Below, piece after piece: positions 12,776 to 26,300 of a stretch of DNA of 64,000 nt (positions are counted from its first letter, which is position 1; each line of letters begins with the position of its first letter). The notes beneath the pieces were generated by a model. That model did not search any database. It saw only the letters and a program-made list of their open reading frames with translations, and was not told where the DNA came from. This stretch comes from Octopus vulgaris. Its lineage: Eukaryota. The position numbers were made by a program, and so were the translations under genes. Location of the stretch: the NCBI GenBank assembly GCA_951406725.2, contig OX597817.1, forward strand, positions 98,890,001 to 98,954,000, read 5' to 3'.

Positions 12776-12778
<3 letters not shown>
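12228..12778. mobile_element. Penelope-like pseudo-LTR fragment with an inverted duplication (400-bp palindrome), inserted in (TA)n
   Basis: 12228-12432 is the near-exact reverse complement of 12434-12628. Hammerhead motifs lie in both arms and (TA)n on both flanks. Confidence 0.75.
12510..12580 (+). ncRNA. Minimal type I hammerhead ribozyme (mirror copy on the minus strand at ~12276-12356)
   Basis: CTGATGA (12514-20); stem II GAAGGC/GTCTTC; GAAA (12565-68); palindromic stem III ACATATGT; cleavage triplet GTC; stem I TTTC/GAGA. Confidence 0.75.
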
Positions 12779-12834
<56 letters not shown>

Positions 12835-12835
12835 A

Positions 12836-13180
12836 AGGGTAAAGACCCCCTTCGGTCAGGCACTGACCATGGGTTTGCACCTAGAGAGATACCCTCTGAG
12901 GCACAAGTCTGGGCAAGGTTGTTTTTTATGGAAGACCAGCAGTCGCCCATGCATACCGGCCTCCCCTCTCCACGTCACCGATGTTGTCCAAGGGAAAGGC
13001 AAGGGCCGATACAGCTTGGCACCTGTGACGTCGCAACTCATTTCTACAGCTGAGTGAACTGGAGCAACGTGAAATAAAGTGCCTTGCTCAAGAACACAAC
13101 ACGCAGCCCCGTCCGGGATTCGAGCTCACAACCTCACGATCGTAAGCTCGACGCTCTAACCACTGAGCCATGCGCCTTCA
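12836..13180 (-). mobile_element. tRNA-derived CORE-type SINE (octopus OR-like)
   Basis: Minus strand has A box TGGCTCAGTGG, B-box-like GAGCTCGAATCC and CORE-like TGTGTTCTTGAGCAAGGCACTTTA. It sits between (TA)n tracts. Confidence 0.8.
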
Positions 13181-13181
13181 C

Positions 13182-13253
<72 letters not shown>

Positions 13254-13899
13254 TATATATACATATATATGTATGAATGTATATACATATACATAGGCAT
13301 ATATTATATATGGGAGGGGGCAAAATTAGTAACTGGGACAAAATGCGTAACTTCTGATTTTGCATTATTTTTCCCCAACCAGTTTGCGGCCATTGCATTT
13401 CAAGTATTGCATCATCGTTTTGTATTGCCGCATTATATTTAGGTGTAAAAATTGGCCAACATAGTTGTTGTTGAAGTTAAGGGGGTCTGGAACGTAGTCA
13501 CGTGGCAGGTCCGCTTTTTTCAAGAAATTTTTCCTCTATTTTGATCCAATTGTATTTGAGGTTGCTAATAGAATATTTGGATAATTTTTAGTGTTTAACA
13601 ATCAATATTCTCTTTTCTGATGAATTCCAAGTCAATTTTTTCCAGACAAATGTCAAAGTTGATAATTTTCAAGATTCAAAAAAATGATGTCTGAAACGGG
13701 GTAAAATGAGTAAGGACTAATTTCAATAGTTACTTCTCTTTAACTGGTGTGTAAATATATCACAAAGCGGACACTCCATCACATAGCAAAGAAGCTATAG
13801 AGAATATTTTATGGTAACTATCACACTGGGTCATGTCTTCTCTCTGATTATGTCTTGACTCTTCTTTCCAGTGATCATCGCCAGGTCAAATTTAATTAA

Positions 13900-15640
13900 C
13901 ACCATCATCATCGTTGTTGTTTAACGTCCGCTTTCTATGCTGGCATGGGTTGGATGGTTTGACTGAGGGCTGGCAAGTCAGAAGGCTGCACCAGGTTTCA
14001 ATCTGAGAGTATAGTGGGTGCTTTTTACGTGTGGCCGGCATGAGGGCCAGTCAGGTGGTGCTGGCATTGACCATTTTCAAATAGTGCCTGACTGGCATCG
14101 ACCACACTCAAATGGTGCTATTTATGTGCCACTGGCATGGGTACCAATCAGGCGATACTGTCATTGGCCACGCCAATAACATTACTTGACTCAACAGGTC
14201 TTCGCAAGCACTGTTTATTGCCCGATGATTGAAAGGTACTCTTAAATGGGCTGGTTAGGCTGTACTGGCATAGGCCACAGTTATGGTCTCACTTGGCTTG
14301 CCAGGTCTTCTCAAGTACAGCATATCTCCAAAGGTCTCAGTCACATGTCATCACTTCCGTGGGGCCTAACATTCGAAGGTCGTGCTTCACCACCTCATCC
14401 CAGGTCTTCTTGGGTATACTTCTTCCACAGGTTCTCTCTACTGCTAGGGTGTGACACTTTTCCACACAGCTGTCCTCATCCATACGCAACACATGATCAT
14501 ACCACCACAGTCATCTCTCTTGCACACCACAGCTGATGCTTCTTATGCCCAACTTTTCTCTCAGGGCACTTACACTTTGTCATGTATGCACACTGACATT
14601 ACAAATCCAGCAGAGCATACTAGCTTCATTCCTTGCAATCTTACATATGTCCTCAGCAGTCACGGCCCATGTTTCATTGCCATGTTGCATGGTTGTTTAC
14701 ACACATGCATCATAGAGTCTACCTTTTACTCTGAGTGAGAGGCCCTTTGTCACCAGCTGAGGTAGGAGCTCTCTGAACTTTGCCCAGGCTATTCTTATTC
14801 TAGCAGCTACACTCTCAGAGCATCCACCCCACTACTGACTAGCTGAGGTAGGAGCTCTCTGAACTTTGCCCAGGCTATTCTTATTCTAGCAGCTACACTC
14901 TCAGAGCATCCACCCCACTACTGACTCGGTCACCCAGGTACTGGAAGCTATCAACTACTTCTAGTTTTTCCCTCTGGTATGTGACGGAAGCTGTTTTATT
15001 CACATTTTCAGTGTTTATTGTGCCTGAGCATTTGCTGCACATAAAAACTATCTTCCCAGTTAGCCTTCCTTTGATACTGCTGCCCCTCTTATGTATCTAT
15101 AGTTTACACTGGGCACATCTTAAGGAGTTTCTACCAACACCTTTTCTACAGATCGAACAGAGCCATCTACCTGAAGGGATTTGTGATTTATCTGCCTTCC
15201 TACTTATCAAGACTTTGGGTTTTGCCAGATTGACTCTAAGGCTCTTTGATTCTAATCCTTGCTTCCACACCTGAAACTTCTCCTCTCGTTCTGATAGTGA
15301 CTCAGCTCTTAGAGTAAGGTCATCAGCATAGAGAAGCTCCCAGGGACATCCTGTTTTGAATTCCTTTGTTATTGCCAGGAGGACTATTATTAATAAGAGG
15401 AGGCTGAGGACTCATCAAAACTGACTCTCTCCCTAATTAGTTGGGCTATGACCCTCTCTGTGACTTTCATTACCTGATCCAACAACTTGATACCTCTGTA
15501 ATTATTCATATCTAATGCATCACCTTTACCTTTGTAGCAGTTGACTATGGTGCTACTACACCAGTCATTGGATATGACTCCTTCGTGTATCACCTGGTTG
15601 TCTATACAAGTGACTAGACTATAGCTGACACTGCCAGATT
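13900..15640 (-). mobile_element. RTE-clade LINE, 3' portion with an internal deletion
   Basis: Minus strand: CYKGKGDALDMNNYRGIKLLDQVMKV, GCPWELLYADDL, 3' UTR and (GAT)n tail at ~13905. Confidence 0.85.
14755..14926. repeat. Exact 86-bp tandem duplication inside the RTE LINE
   Basis: AGCTGAGGTAGGAGC...CCACTACTGACT at 14755-14840 and 14841-14926. Confidence 0.95.
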
Positions 15641-15954
15641 ACTTTTCTACCTTTTCAGTGGGTCCAAGGGTAACCTGAATAACATAGACAGAGAGTGGTA
15701 CAGGAGTTATTGAGACAACATGGTCATTGACCTGTTAGAAATTGCAACTAGATTGCCCTCAAATCACCACCTACTGTCTCTTAGAAAAGATGCATTTGAT
15801 GATGTATTTCTACATGTACTGTATCAGAAATACATAATGGCTGGTCATGCTGAAACAACTTTGATTGTAGTGTCTGCTAGCTCAGGAGTGATCTGGGGCT
15901 AAATAATCAGATATGTTTTATGTATAAAGTAACATATATATTTATATAACACAT

Positions 15955-17606
15955 ATTTGACAGGGTACCCCGATCCCTTATCTGGTGGGCAATGTGGAAA
16001 CTGGAGATTGACGAATGGTTGATAAGGGATGTACATGCCCTATACAGAGAGGCTGTTAGTAAGGTCAGAATTGGCAATGAGTATAGTGGAGAATTACGGG
16101 TAGAAGTAGGGGTTCACCAAGGCTCAGCCCTCAGTCCCCTTCTGTTCATCATAGTCCTCCAGGTAATAACAGAGGAATTCAAGACAGGTTGCCCCTGGGA
16201 GCTCCTCTATGCTGATGACCTGGCCCTCATAGCAGAATCACTACCAGAACTAGAAAAGAAATTTCGGGTGTGGAAGCTAGGTTTAGAATCAAAAGGCTTA
16301 GAGTCAATGTAGCAAAGACCAAAGTTATAGTAAGTAGGAAGGCGAACTCATCACACACTCCCTCAAGTAGGTGGCCCTACTCGATCTGTAGAAAAGATGT
16401 AGGTAGATGTACCCAGTGTAAGCTACGGATGCATAAGAGGTGCAGCAATATCAAAGGAAAATTAACTGAGAAGATAGCTTTCGTATGTGGTGGATGCACA
16501 GGGGCAATAGATACCACAGATACTCAGAAAACAGATTCCATCACACTCCAGGGGGAGAAACTAGAAGTAGTTGATAGTTTCCGTTACCTAGGTGACCAAG
16601 TTATTAGTGGAGGTGGATGCTCAGAGAATAAGAATAGCCTGGGCAAAGTTTAGAAAGCTTCTACCCCTACTGGTAACAAAGGGTCTCTTGCTCAGAGTGA
16701 AAGGTAGATTGTACGACGCATGTGTGTGAACTGCCATGCTTCACGGTAGTGAAACATGGGCTGTGACTGCAGAGGACATGCGTAGGCTTGAAAGAAATGA
16801 AGCTAGCATGATCTGCTGGATGTGTGATGTCAGTGTGCACACACGACAGAGTGTAAGTGCCCTGAGAGAAATGCTGGACATAAGAACCATTGGATATGGC
16901 ATGCAAGAGATTCGTCTGCGCTGGTATGGTCATGTACAACTGATGGATGAGAAGAGATGTGTGAAGAAGTGCCACTCCCAAACAGTTGAAGGAATCCGGG
17001 GTAGAGATAGACCCAGGAAGACATGGGATGAGGTGGTCAAGCATGACTTTCGAACGTTGGCTCTCACAGAGGCAATGACGAAAGACCGAGATCTCTGAGG
17101 ATATGCTGTGACTGCGAAGATCTGACAAATAACGTGAGTTCATGGCTGCTTCCTGCACCAGTTTCGTATAGCAGCCCCAGCCCATCCTTAGTACCTTAGA
17201 TCGCAGAACGACCTGCTGTGCTTGAGGAGACCTATTGAGTAAAGTACATCAACATCAAAATAAAAATCAAATGGAAATTGTAGTTGTGATATCTGTGCTG
17301 GTGGCTCATAAAAAGCACCATCCAAACGTGGCCAATGCCAGTGCTGCCTTGACTGGTTTCCGTGCCGGTGGCATGTAAAAAGCACCAACCGATTGTGGCC
17401 ACTGCCAGCGTCCCCTGACACCTGTGCCGGTGGCACGTAAAAAGCACTCACTACACTCTTGGAGTGGTTGGCATTAGGAAGGGCATCCAGCTGTAGAAAC
17501 ACCAGACTAGAGCCTGGTGCAGCCTCCTGGCTTTCCAGACCCCGGTCAAACCGTCCAACCTGTGCTAGCATGGAAAACGGACGCTAAACGATGATGATGA
17601 TGATGA
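15955..17606 (+). mobile_element. RTE-clade LINE, 5'-truncated, with 3' UTR and (GAT)n tail
   Basis: GVHQGSALSPLLF, WELLYADDLALI, FRYLGDQ, LHGSETWA, RLRWYGHV. Same family as 9310-12080. Confidence 0.9.
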
Positions 17607-17984
17607 TATTATACTCAAGTTAAACGAATATAGTGGTCAAGCACGTTTAGAGCTTTTGAGCATTATACTTGCATTGTGAAAAATTATGCTGACAAATGGA
17701 ATACTATTAGTGATACTAAAATCACTTCTTACAATGCCAATTTTCCTTCCAAAATGATGAACATTATGGCTTTTTTTTTTTTAAATGTAATTGAAATGAA
17801 ATAACAGGCCTAAATGATAATTATGAAATAAAAATTAAAAATCAGTGGTGGCCTTTCCCCCATAAAAACCAACAACCACCTCTATGTGATATAGGGGTGA
17901 ACCAGAAATTGGGCTAATGATGGTAATCTAAATAATAAATGACATAATATAATCTTAAAAAACAAAAAATTCAAATAGAAAAAA

Positions 17985-18782
17985 ATTCCTGTTTTACAGA
18001 GAAAGGGTTCAACAAAATTTTCAAGCTTTAAATTTTTCTAAAGAAAATTGTTTTACAAAAAAAGTTTTAATAAAATGTTGAGTTTTCAAAAGTTAGAAAC
18101 TAGAATCGAAAAAATAAAAAAAACTTAATTGGCATTTTGTTGCACTTTTTGAAATGCTCATCTCATTAGCAAACAAATCCTATTTTTAAGGTGGTGGGGA
18201 ATACCACCACTTCAATCCCTTTTATTAACAAATGAAGATTAAGTATATCATTTTTTTTAGAAGCACAAGTAGAAAAATTTGATGGGAGATTAAGGACGGA
18301 AGGAGACAAATAATGGAATGGAGGAGAGGAGAAGAGTAACACGAAACAAAGATAGGTCCAGGAAGAAGGATAATGAGCTATTGGATGAGGAAAGATGGAA
18401 GGAGTTGAATGCTAGAATGAAGAAGAGAAAAGGAAAAGAAGAGACAGAGAAGAAGCATGAAAGCAAGATAGATTTGGGAAGAAGGATGATGACCCAGATG
18501 AAGAGAAAGGATTGAAAAATGGAATGGCAGAGAGAAAAGGAAAAGAAAGAAGAGGAAGAGTTTATTATTAAAACTATTATTTTTTTCAAAAAGTGTGACA
18601 AAATGCCAATTAAAGTTTGTTTTTTTTTTCAATTGTTGTTTCTAACTTTTGAAGGCTTAACATTTTATTAAAACTTTTTCTGCAAAGTGATAATTTTTTT
18701 TAGAAAAATTTAAAGTCTGAACAATTTTGTTTAATCATTGTTGTATAGAAATTGTTTCTTTACATTGATAAACAGGAAAAAA
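17985..18782. mobile_element. Diverged fold-back/MITE-like element (~170-200-bp inverted arms, purine-rich spacer)
   Basis: AATTGGCATTTTGT (~18127) pairs with ACAAAATGCCAATT (~18598), and AAAGTTTTAATAAAATGTT with AACATTTTATTAAAACTTT. TSD not resolved. Confidence 0.6.
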
Positions 18783-18844
18783 CAGTGAAGTTTGGTTGGT
18801 GATGCCCCACACATCTTTCTATGTTTGCTTAATGGTATTTGTCT

Positions 18845-19079
18845 ATACCAGTGGCGAGCTGGCAGAAACGTTAGCACGTCGGGCGAAATGCTTAGCGGTA
18901 TTTCGTTTGACATTACGTTGTGAGTTCGAATTCCGCTGAGGTTGACTTTGTCTTTCATCCTTTCGGGGTCGATAAATTAAGTACCAGTTATGCACTGGGG
19001 TCGATGTAATCGACTTAATACCTATGTCTGTCCTTGTTTGTCCCTCTATGTTTAGCCCCTTGTGGGTAATAAAGAAATA
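18845..19079 (+). mobile_element. tRNA-derived SINE with an 11-bp TSD
   Basis: B box GAGTTCGAATTCC; conserved central CTTTCATCCTTTCGGGGTCGATAAATTAAGTACCAG; tail AATAAAGAAATA; TSD GGTATTTGTCT at 18834-18844 and 19080-19090. Confidence 0.85.
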
Positions 19080-19412
19080 GGTATTTGTCTTGGGAAATAG
19101 CTATGTTCCTTATGCAGTGTTATTCTCTGTTTGACCTATATAGTTGTATTCACATCCTGAACAAGATATCACACGTATTAAATTTTTGGATGCACAAATA
19201 AATCCTGTCTTAATAATGAATTGCTGTCCTTCTTTGAAGTAGAATTCTGAACCTTCCAGTATGTTGGTCTATGTACCACAGTATATTCTATTCAGTATTG
19301 TGGAGGTTTGAGTATATTTTTTATCTATGTATAGTATTATTCAGGAAATTCAGACTATGGTCACAAAAGTCATCAAGTGTTTTAGGTGGAATATAATTGC
19401 TTTTCGTTTTTG

Positions 19413-21179
19413 CATTTGGTTTGCAAGATTCTTTATGAGAACTCATGTGTTGAAGCATATTTTATTGTGTCCGGGGAGAGTCATTCTCTTTTAGTGCCTT
19501 ATTATTTAACACACTCACCAGTTCGATTTTCACTCATTTAGTTATTTTGAAGAACCACATAGTAAAGTTTAACAAGAAACTATACATGCAGGTTCAAGGT
19601 GCAGCCATTGGCATCGGCTGGAGATGTGGCCAGATTCTTCATGACCTGGTGGGACAGAAAACTTAAACAATCCTTAGCGGAACAATCCACAACTGTTTTG
19701 CTTTACTGTAAGTATGTAGATGACATTAATATTCTAGTTAGGACAAACTCTTGTAACTGTAATGTAGAAACCGAGAGGAGCATAATGGAGAGCATCCAGC
19801 ACATAGCTAACTCAATCCACCAAAGTATCAAGGTAACTATAGATTACTTCACTAGACACCCTAACAAGAGACTCCTGTCCTTGATACTGAACTTTGGTTA
19901 GAGACTGTGATCAACAGAGAGAAGCTCTTCCACTCCTATTTCATGAAACCCATAGCTTCTAAATATGTTATTCACAAGAACTCGGCTTTGTCACACAACA
20001 TGAAAATCAACATACTGATAGCAGACTTAGGATAATGAACAAAGTGTCCCCACTATGCAAACCCTATGAAATAAAGAAACATGTACAGAACTTCATGCAC
20101 TGCATGCAATTCTCTGGATATGATCAGAAAGAAAGGTTTGGGGTATACAGGGGAGCTAGGTAGAAGTTAACTAGCATTATATATAATGAAACAAATGGTA
20201 CTTGCCCTAGATATAAAAGTAAAGACTGGAATAGGATACAAAGAGTTTGTGACAAAGGAAACGGTGAAAAATATTCAGGAGTGATGTTTGTAGTGGCCAC
20301 AGCCCATGGAGAACTAGCCTGAAGATTTTGGAAAGCTCTGAAGGAGGCCAGGCTCAACATTAAGATCATTGAAAAGCCAGGGAGCTCCATCAGATCACAA
20401 CTATATAGGACATACCCCTTTGAGAATGCTACATGCACCAATGACAACTGCATGGTATATAAGATTAACCCTGGCATTAACTGTAAAACTAGAAATGTAG
20501 TCTACAGCATAAGGTGCATAAAGGGGGCTTGTAAAGACAAGAATATGATAGACATCTAGAAGCATTGCAGAGAGACAACATGATGGCGTAAACAGTCTTC
20601 CATACTTTATCAACATGCCAAAGACCAACATGGAGGCACACTGGGTCAACTTGACATCCACATTTTATCAAAGTACCCGAAGGACCCAACACTCAGACGA
20701 ATACAGGGGTACATCCTCATAAATGAAACATCCCCAGTACTAAATAGAAAATATTTTTAGACGGTAGTCATACCCCAATACCCACAGTTTAAATATACAC
20801 AGGCAGAATTGTTAGTAAGCTGTTATGTAGACGTGTGTGTGTGTGTGTCTGTAGGTAAATGGATATATAAGTAAACAGATAGATAAATAGATAGACAGAC
20901 ACATAAGTAACACGGACAGACAAGCACATACACATACACATATACATACACAAATGAAGACTGAAAACATGACCATATACACTTCATATGCACACTTCAC
21001 ACACACAAAGACACGTATGGAGACACACATCCATACATTACAGACGCATGTACATCGTCACACAAACCCATACAAATCGACACATTCAAACATGCACACA
21101 CAAGGAGACAGAGGTACACACCCAACTACACACAAGTTCTGTGATGCAAATGATCTCATGATCTACACACACACATATA

Positions 21180-21225
<46 letters not shown>

Positions 21226-21554
21226 TGAACACACAAGCACATGAATATGCAGACTACATACATACATACAAACATACACATACATATATATGCACACACA
21301 CACATATACATGCATACACATACATACATACATGCATACATACATATACACATACATATACGTATACACATGCACACAAACAAATAAAAAGAATGCAGCT
21401 CTGATAATGGACAGAGTCAATGACTATTGAAAAGGTTGCAAGATGCAACAAAAATTTTAGAAAAAATAAGTTACTAAATTAGTGGAAATCGAACCAGTGA
21501 GTGCGTTAAATAATAAGGCACTAAAAGAGAATGACTCTCCCTAAAGAGAATAAA
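19413..21554 (+). mobile_element. Penelope-like element (RT C-half + GIY-YIG) with an inverted 5' pseudo-LTR and ~19-bp TSD
   Basis: LYMQVQGAAIG, YCKYVDDINI, NCKTRNVVYSIRC. 19475-19545 is the reverse complement of 21470-21541. Flanking direct repeats ATAATTGC(T)TTTCGTTTTTG. Confidence 0.8.
21165..21380. repeat. (CA)n/(CATA)n microsatellite complex
   Basis: Seen directly in the sequence. Confidence 0.9.
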
Positions 21555-22404
21555 ATAATTGCTTTCGTTTTTGACCAGTGATTCGTCATCATTATTATAA
21601 TCAAGTAGTGCTTCTGTAAGTCACAATTGTTGGCAAAATTCTGTAATATTGTCTTCAATTTCATTAGTCCTTTCTCTAGCATGTTGATTTTTGTTAAGAA
21701 AGTTTTCTTTGCTAAGTTTATTACTTGGGATTTTCCTGTATGTTTTGTTTCAATGTATGACCCTGTTCCTCTGGACTAGGTCTAAAAACGTTTGTTTTAA
21801 TTACATTGTTGTGAATTATCAGTGTTACTAATTATATTTGAATTGTGAGGAGGCTGGTTTTTGCTGTCTGAGCATATTGGTTGTAATTATATGGTTTGAG
21901 TTAAGGGTTAAATGTATTCCCTGGAGTGTTTCTCATTTCTGGAAAGTTGTGTTCTTTTAGATTAATTGGTTTTTTTAATTGTTTGATTAATTGGTTGTTT
22001 AGTCATTGTTCTACAGGTTTTCTTTCTGGGTTTCTTCAGAAAAGGGTTATTGGAACTGTATTCTCTTTTGAACTGGGTTTCATATTAAAAATAAATGAGC
22101 AAATACACATTTTTTCTCTCTCTATATATTTTTCCTTCTCTCTCTGTTTTTTTCCTCTTAATCCTTTCTGTCAAAGAGCATAGGCTTGAAATGTAAAAAG
22201 CTTTTCCATTCTTCCCGAACTTTAAACTTATACACCTGCTTGTTGTTCCCACACCTGTCTTTGTCTTTTGTTTTCTGTAAATTGAACTCTGTGTGTGTGT
22301 GTGTTTGTATGAATATGTAAGATTCATACCATGCTGTGTAGTATCTGTATATGTAGACATATATGATGTATGTATATAAAAACATATAAAATTAATAAGG
22401 TGTA

Positions 22405-22455
<51 letters not shown>

Positions 22456-22464
22456 ATATATATT

Positions 22465-22585
22465 TCATTATTGCCCACAGGGGGCTAAACACAGAGGGGA
22501 CAAACAAGCGGAATTTGAATGTAATGGCAGACAAAATACTGCTAAGCATTTTGCCTGGCATGCTAACAATTCTGCCAGCTTGCCA
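22465..22585 (-). mobile_element. Internally deleted copy of the SINE family at 18845
   Basis: Reverse complement of the head (GCTGGCAGAATTGTTAGCA) and tail (TTTAGCCCC...GGGCAATAA). Confidence 0.7.
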
Positions 22586-22789
22586 GACATATAAGACTAC
22601 TTTTATGCCCTTTTTACCCATCTCTTTTCTGACCCTTAATTTGGATGATGTATGGGGATGAGGAAATTGTACTTCATTGACTTGAATACACAATGTACCA
22701 AGGTTCAACACTACCTAGCAGGCATTAACACACATCTTCTTTTCAAAAGCCCCACATCAACTACCTTCCCATTGTCCCTTCCATGTACT

Positions 22790-23332
22790 CAATCTCAAGG
22801 CCACTACCATCAATGTCAGTACAATGAAAGAAAGAAGTGGAGAAATTATTGAAATGTTAGAGCATTGCCATGTCAATGTGTTTGGTGTGCAAAATATGAG
22901 ATGGAAAGAGACTTCTGCTAGATTCTTCATGGGTAAGAAACAGAGGTTTAGATTCTTCTATGTAGGCAGGAGTGATGGAGTGGCTGGTATGGGTATACAC
23001 TTAGTAGAAAAGTGGGTAGATAAAGTAACTGAGGTAGTCAGAGTTATTAAGTTGAAACTTATCAAAGATAGATTAACAGCTACATTTATCTCTGTCTATG
23101 CTGTACAGGCTGGGCTGGCTGATAATCAGAAGGACTAATTCTACAAGGTCCTTCTGCAGACTACCTCAACTAGAGATTTAGTTATTGTGGTTGGCAACTT
23201 TAATGGACATGTTGGGCAGTATTCCCATGGGTTTCATGGCGTGCATGGTGGTTATGGCTTTGACCCCAGGAATGAGGAGGGAACAAGGCTACTGGAGTTC
23301 TGTGATGCAAATGATCTCATGATCTGCAACAC
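22790..23332 (+). mobile_element. RTE LINE 5' fragment (APE endonuclease)
   Basis: TINVSTMKERSGEII..., VQNMRWK, ISVYAVQAG, VGNFNGHVG, RNEEGTRLLEFCDANDL. Confidence 0.8.
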
Positions 23333-23349
23333 TTTTTTTATATATGCCT

Positions 23350-26300
23350 AGGCCTATTCTCTGTTTTTTAGGAGTGGGTAATCCATTCATTTCTTAGCTC
23401 ATAGAGTTGACCCCCGTTCTATGTTTGGGTCAAGGCATAGAACACAACCCCTAATATCAGTAGCGGGGCTTGACAGCATATGCTGGTTTACCACCACAGC
23501 ATCATGCTGGTTCTGCACTCCTTTGAGCAATATCAAATTCACTCATCCATCCACAAACACTCTACATTTATAAACTCTCTTGCTTCTCTAATTCCAACAC
23601 CTCTAACCACCAAAGCTTTCCTCACTTCATCCATCCATACAAACCGAGGTCTGCCTCTGGTTCTGCTGCCTACCACTTCTGTCTTCATCACCCTCCTTAC
23701 CATCTCCTCTTCATCCATCCTCTCTATGTGGCCAAACCACCTCAACATTTTCTATCCATTTTGGTTGCTAGTTTTTCTCTCATTCCTACTCACCTTCGCA
23801 TCTCCTGATTCCTCATCCTATCCATCCATGTCAAACCAACCATAGCCCTCAGACATCTCATCCCAAACACATCTAGTCACCTCCTTTCCGGCTCTCTCAA
23901 CCCCCATGTCTTTGCACCATATAACATTGTCAACACAATCACGTCCTCATACACCCTTCTTTTCACTTTCATACTCAACCTTTTATCTCTCAGCATACCT
24001 TTCACAACTCCAAGTATCTTACTCTCCTCCTTCATTCTATATCCCACCTCCTCAGCTAACCCCTCATCCGCCATCACATGTGATCCCAGATGCTTAAAAA
24101 CACTCACCTCTTCTAACATCTAACTATTTATACTCACATCCATCCTACCAGTCGTTCCATCTCTCAAACATCTTCTCACCTTACTTTTAGCTACATTCAC
24201 TTTCAGTTTCCTCCTCTCACACACTCTACCAAATTCTATCAACTGAGGAGACCCTCAGTTGCTCTTCCGGATCTGTGACCAGTGCTGTATCATCAGCAAA
24301 CAACTGACTCACCTGCTCTTTCTTTCCATTTGCTACCACCATTTGGACTCCCCCACCACACTATCTATATATAAATTAAACACCACTGAGATATCACACA
24401 ACCCTATCTTAACCCCACCTTCACATCAAGCTACTCACTTACTTCCCCACCCACCCTAACACATGTCCTACTTTCTCTACAAAAACTCTGAACAGCTTTC
24501 AACAATCTACCATCTACTCCATACAACTGCAACACCTGTCACATTGCATCCCTATCCACATGGTCATATGCCTTCTCTAGGTCCATAAAGGCCTAATACA
24601 CCTCCCTCCCTTTTGCCAAAAACTTCTCACACATCTGCCTTACTACAAATATTTAATCTGCATACACCCTTCCTCTCATAAAACCACACTGCTCCTCTCC
24701 TAGTACTCTCTCTCTCTGGTTCCTAACCCTAACAATCAGAATTCTTGCATATAGTTTACTAACCACACACAACAGACTTATACCCCTAAAATTTCCACAC
24801 TCATATTTATCCCCTTTCCCCTTGCACAGTAGCACTACATAGACACTGCACCAGTCCTTCAGTACTCTTCTAACCATATAACAAATATTCATGAGCTTCA
24901 CTAACCGTTCAATCACTGTCACTCTTCCTTTTTTTAGGCATTCCACTGTACACCCATCTATATCTGGCACCTTCCAGTTTGCCATCTTCCACAAGGATTC
25001 CCTCACCCCTTCTCTTCCAACTGTACTGCAGGTCCATTCCCCAACAACAGGCATTCTCCTCCTCTCCTCCTACAGCCACTATACTTGCCTCCCTAACATC
25101 CTCCATGTTTAACAGCCCACTAAAATACCTCACTCCCTTTCAACAAATTTCTATTTACATCCTTTACCCTTTCTTCCCTTCCTCTGTACCTCTTTCCAAA
25201 ACATTTTTTTATTTCTTATAAAATTTTCACTCAACTTTTTCCTGAACCTTTCCCTCACCTCCCATTTCATAACCCTCAGCACTTTCTTTCCTCCCCTCTT
25301 CACTTCTCTGTAGCAATCATAAGCCTCTCCATCCACTTTTTTGCAACAACTCTTCAAAGGCCCTTTTGTTCTCTGCTACCACATCCCTTACCTGCTCATT
25401 CCCCCACTTACTACCCTTCCTCACACCCATTTCAGCCACTTACCTCAGATGCACATCTCATTACTGCATCTCTAAAAGCCTCCCACTCCTCCTCCACATC
25501 TCCTACCTCCCGTTTCGTAACCTGTTCATACTCACTTCTCAGTTTCTCTGCATACTCCTGCTCCTTTCTCTCCTATCCAGTTCACTCACCTTCACAACCT
25601 CTCTCCTCCCTTTCACTCATCTAGCATTCCAATTTCAGCATACCGTCAGCATACTCTGCACTAAGAAGTGATCTGACACTCCTTCACCTTCACCTCTAAT
25701 TACTTGCACATCCACCAACCTTCCTACCACTCTCTTACCAATTAATATATAATCCATCCAGGCCCTATCAACTACTGTTCCTCCCTCCACCCTCCACCAT
25801 GTGAACTTATTCTTCTCCAACATTTTAAAAAGGCTATTTCCCACCACCAACTCCTGCTCCATATACATTCCCAACAACCTCCTTCCACTCTCATTCCAAC
25901 CAGGAACTCCATATTTTTCTACTACATTTTCTACTTCCTCATTTCCCACTGCATTCAAATCACCCAACACCACCACATAACCACTTTTCCCTACCCTATC
26001 CACACACGCTGTTAGTTCTCTCCAGAGCTCCACTACTTCTTCCTCACTCCTTTCACTCCCATATGCACTAAAAAATACCCACATTTCCCCACCTCACCTT
26101 AACCCACATTAATCTTGAAGACATTTCCCTCCACTCCACCACAATCTTCTTCACATGCTCACTCACTAGCAATGCCACTCCCTCACAAGCCCTACCCCTC
26201 TTACTCCTGACACTTGTCCAGTCATATTCTCAAACTGATATTCTCCTTTACCTTTCATCTTATTCTCGCTCAGTACCAGTACATCCATCCTTCTCCTCAT

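Larger units (their letters stand above)
18790..22230 (-). mobile_element. Neptune-type Penelope-like element (internally deleted), host to two nested insertions
   Basis: Minus strand: N-terminal ...DDESLVKNE|SNYIPPK read across the 19413-21554 insertion; GIY-YIG CASKNLIRVISCSGCEYNYIGQTE; YRQIPLSKH read across the SINE. Confidence 0.6.

Noticed and set aside
13105-13180. tRNA-like sequence on the minus strand (also 18853-18940)
   Set aside because: It continues into a SINE body and tail and has no complete acceptor stem, so it is a SINE head rather than a tRNA gene.
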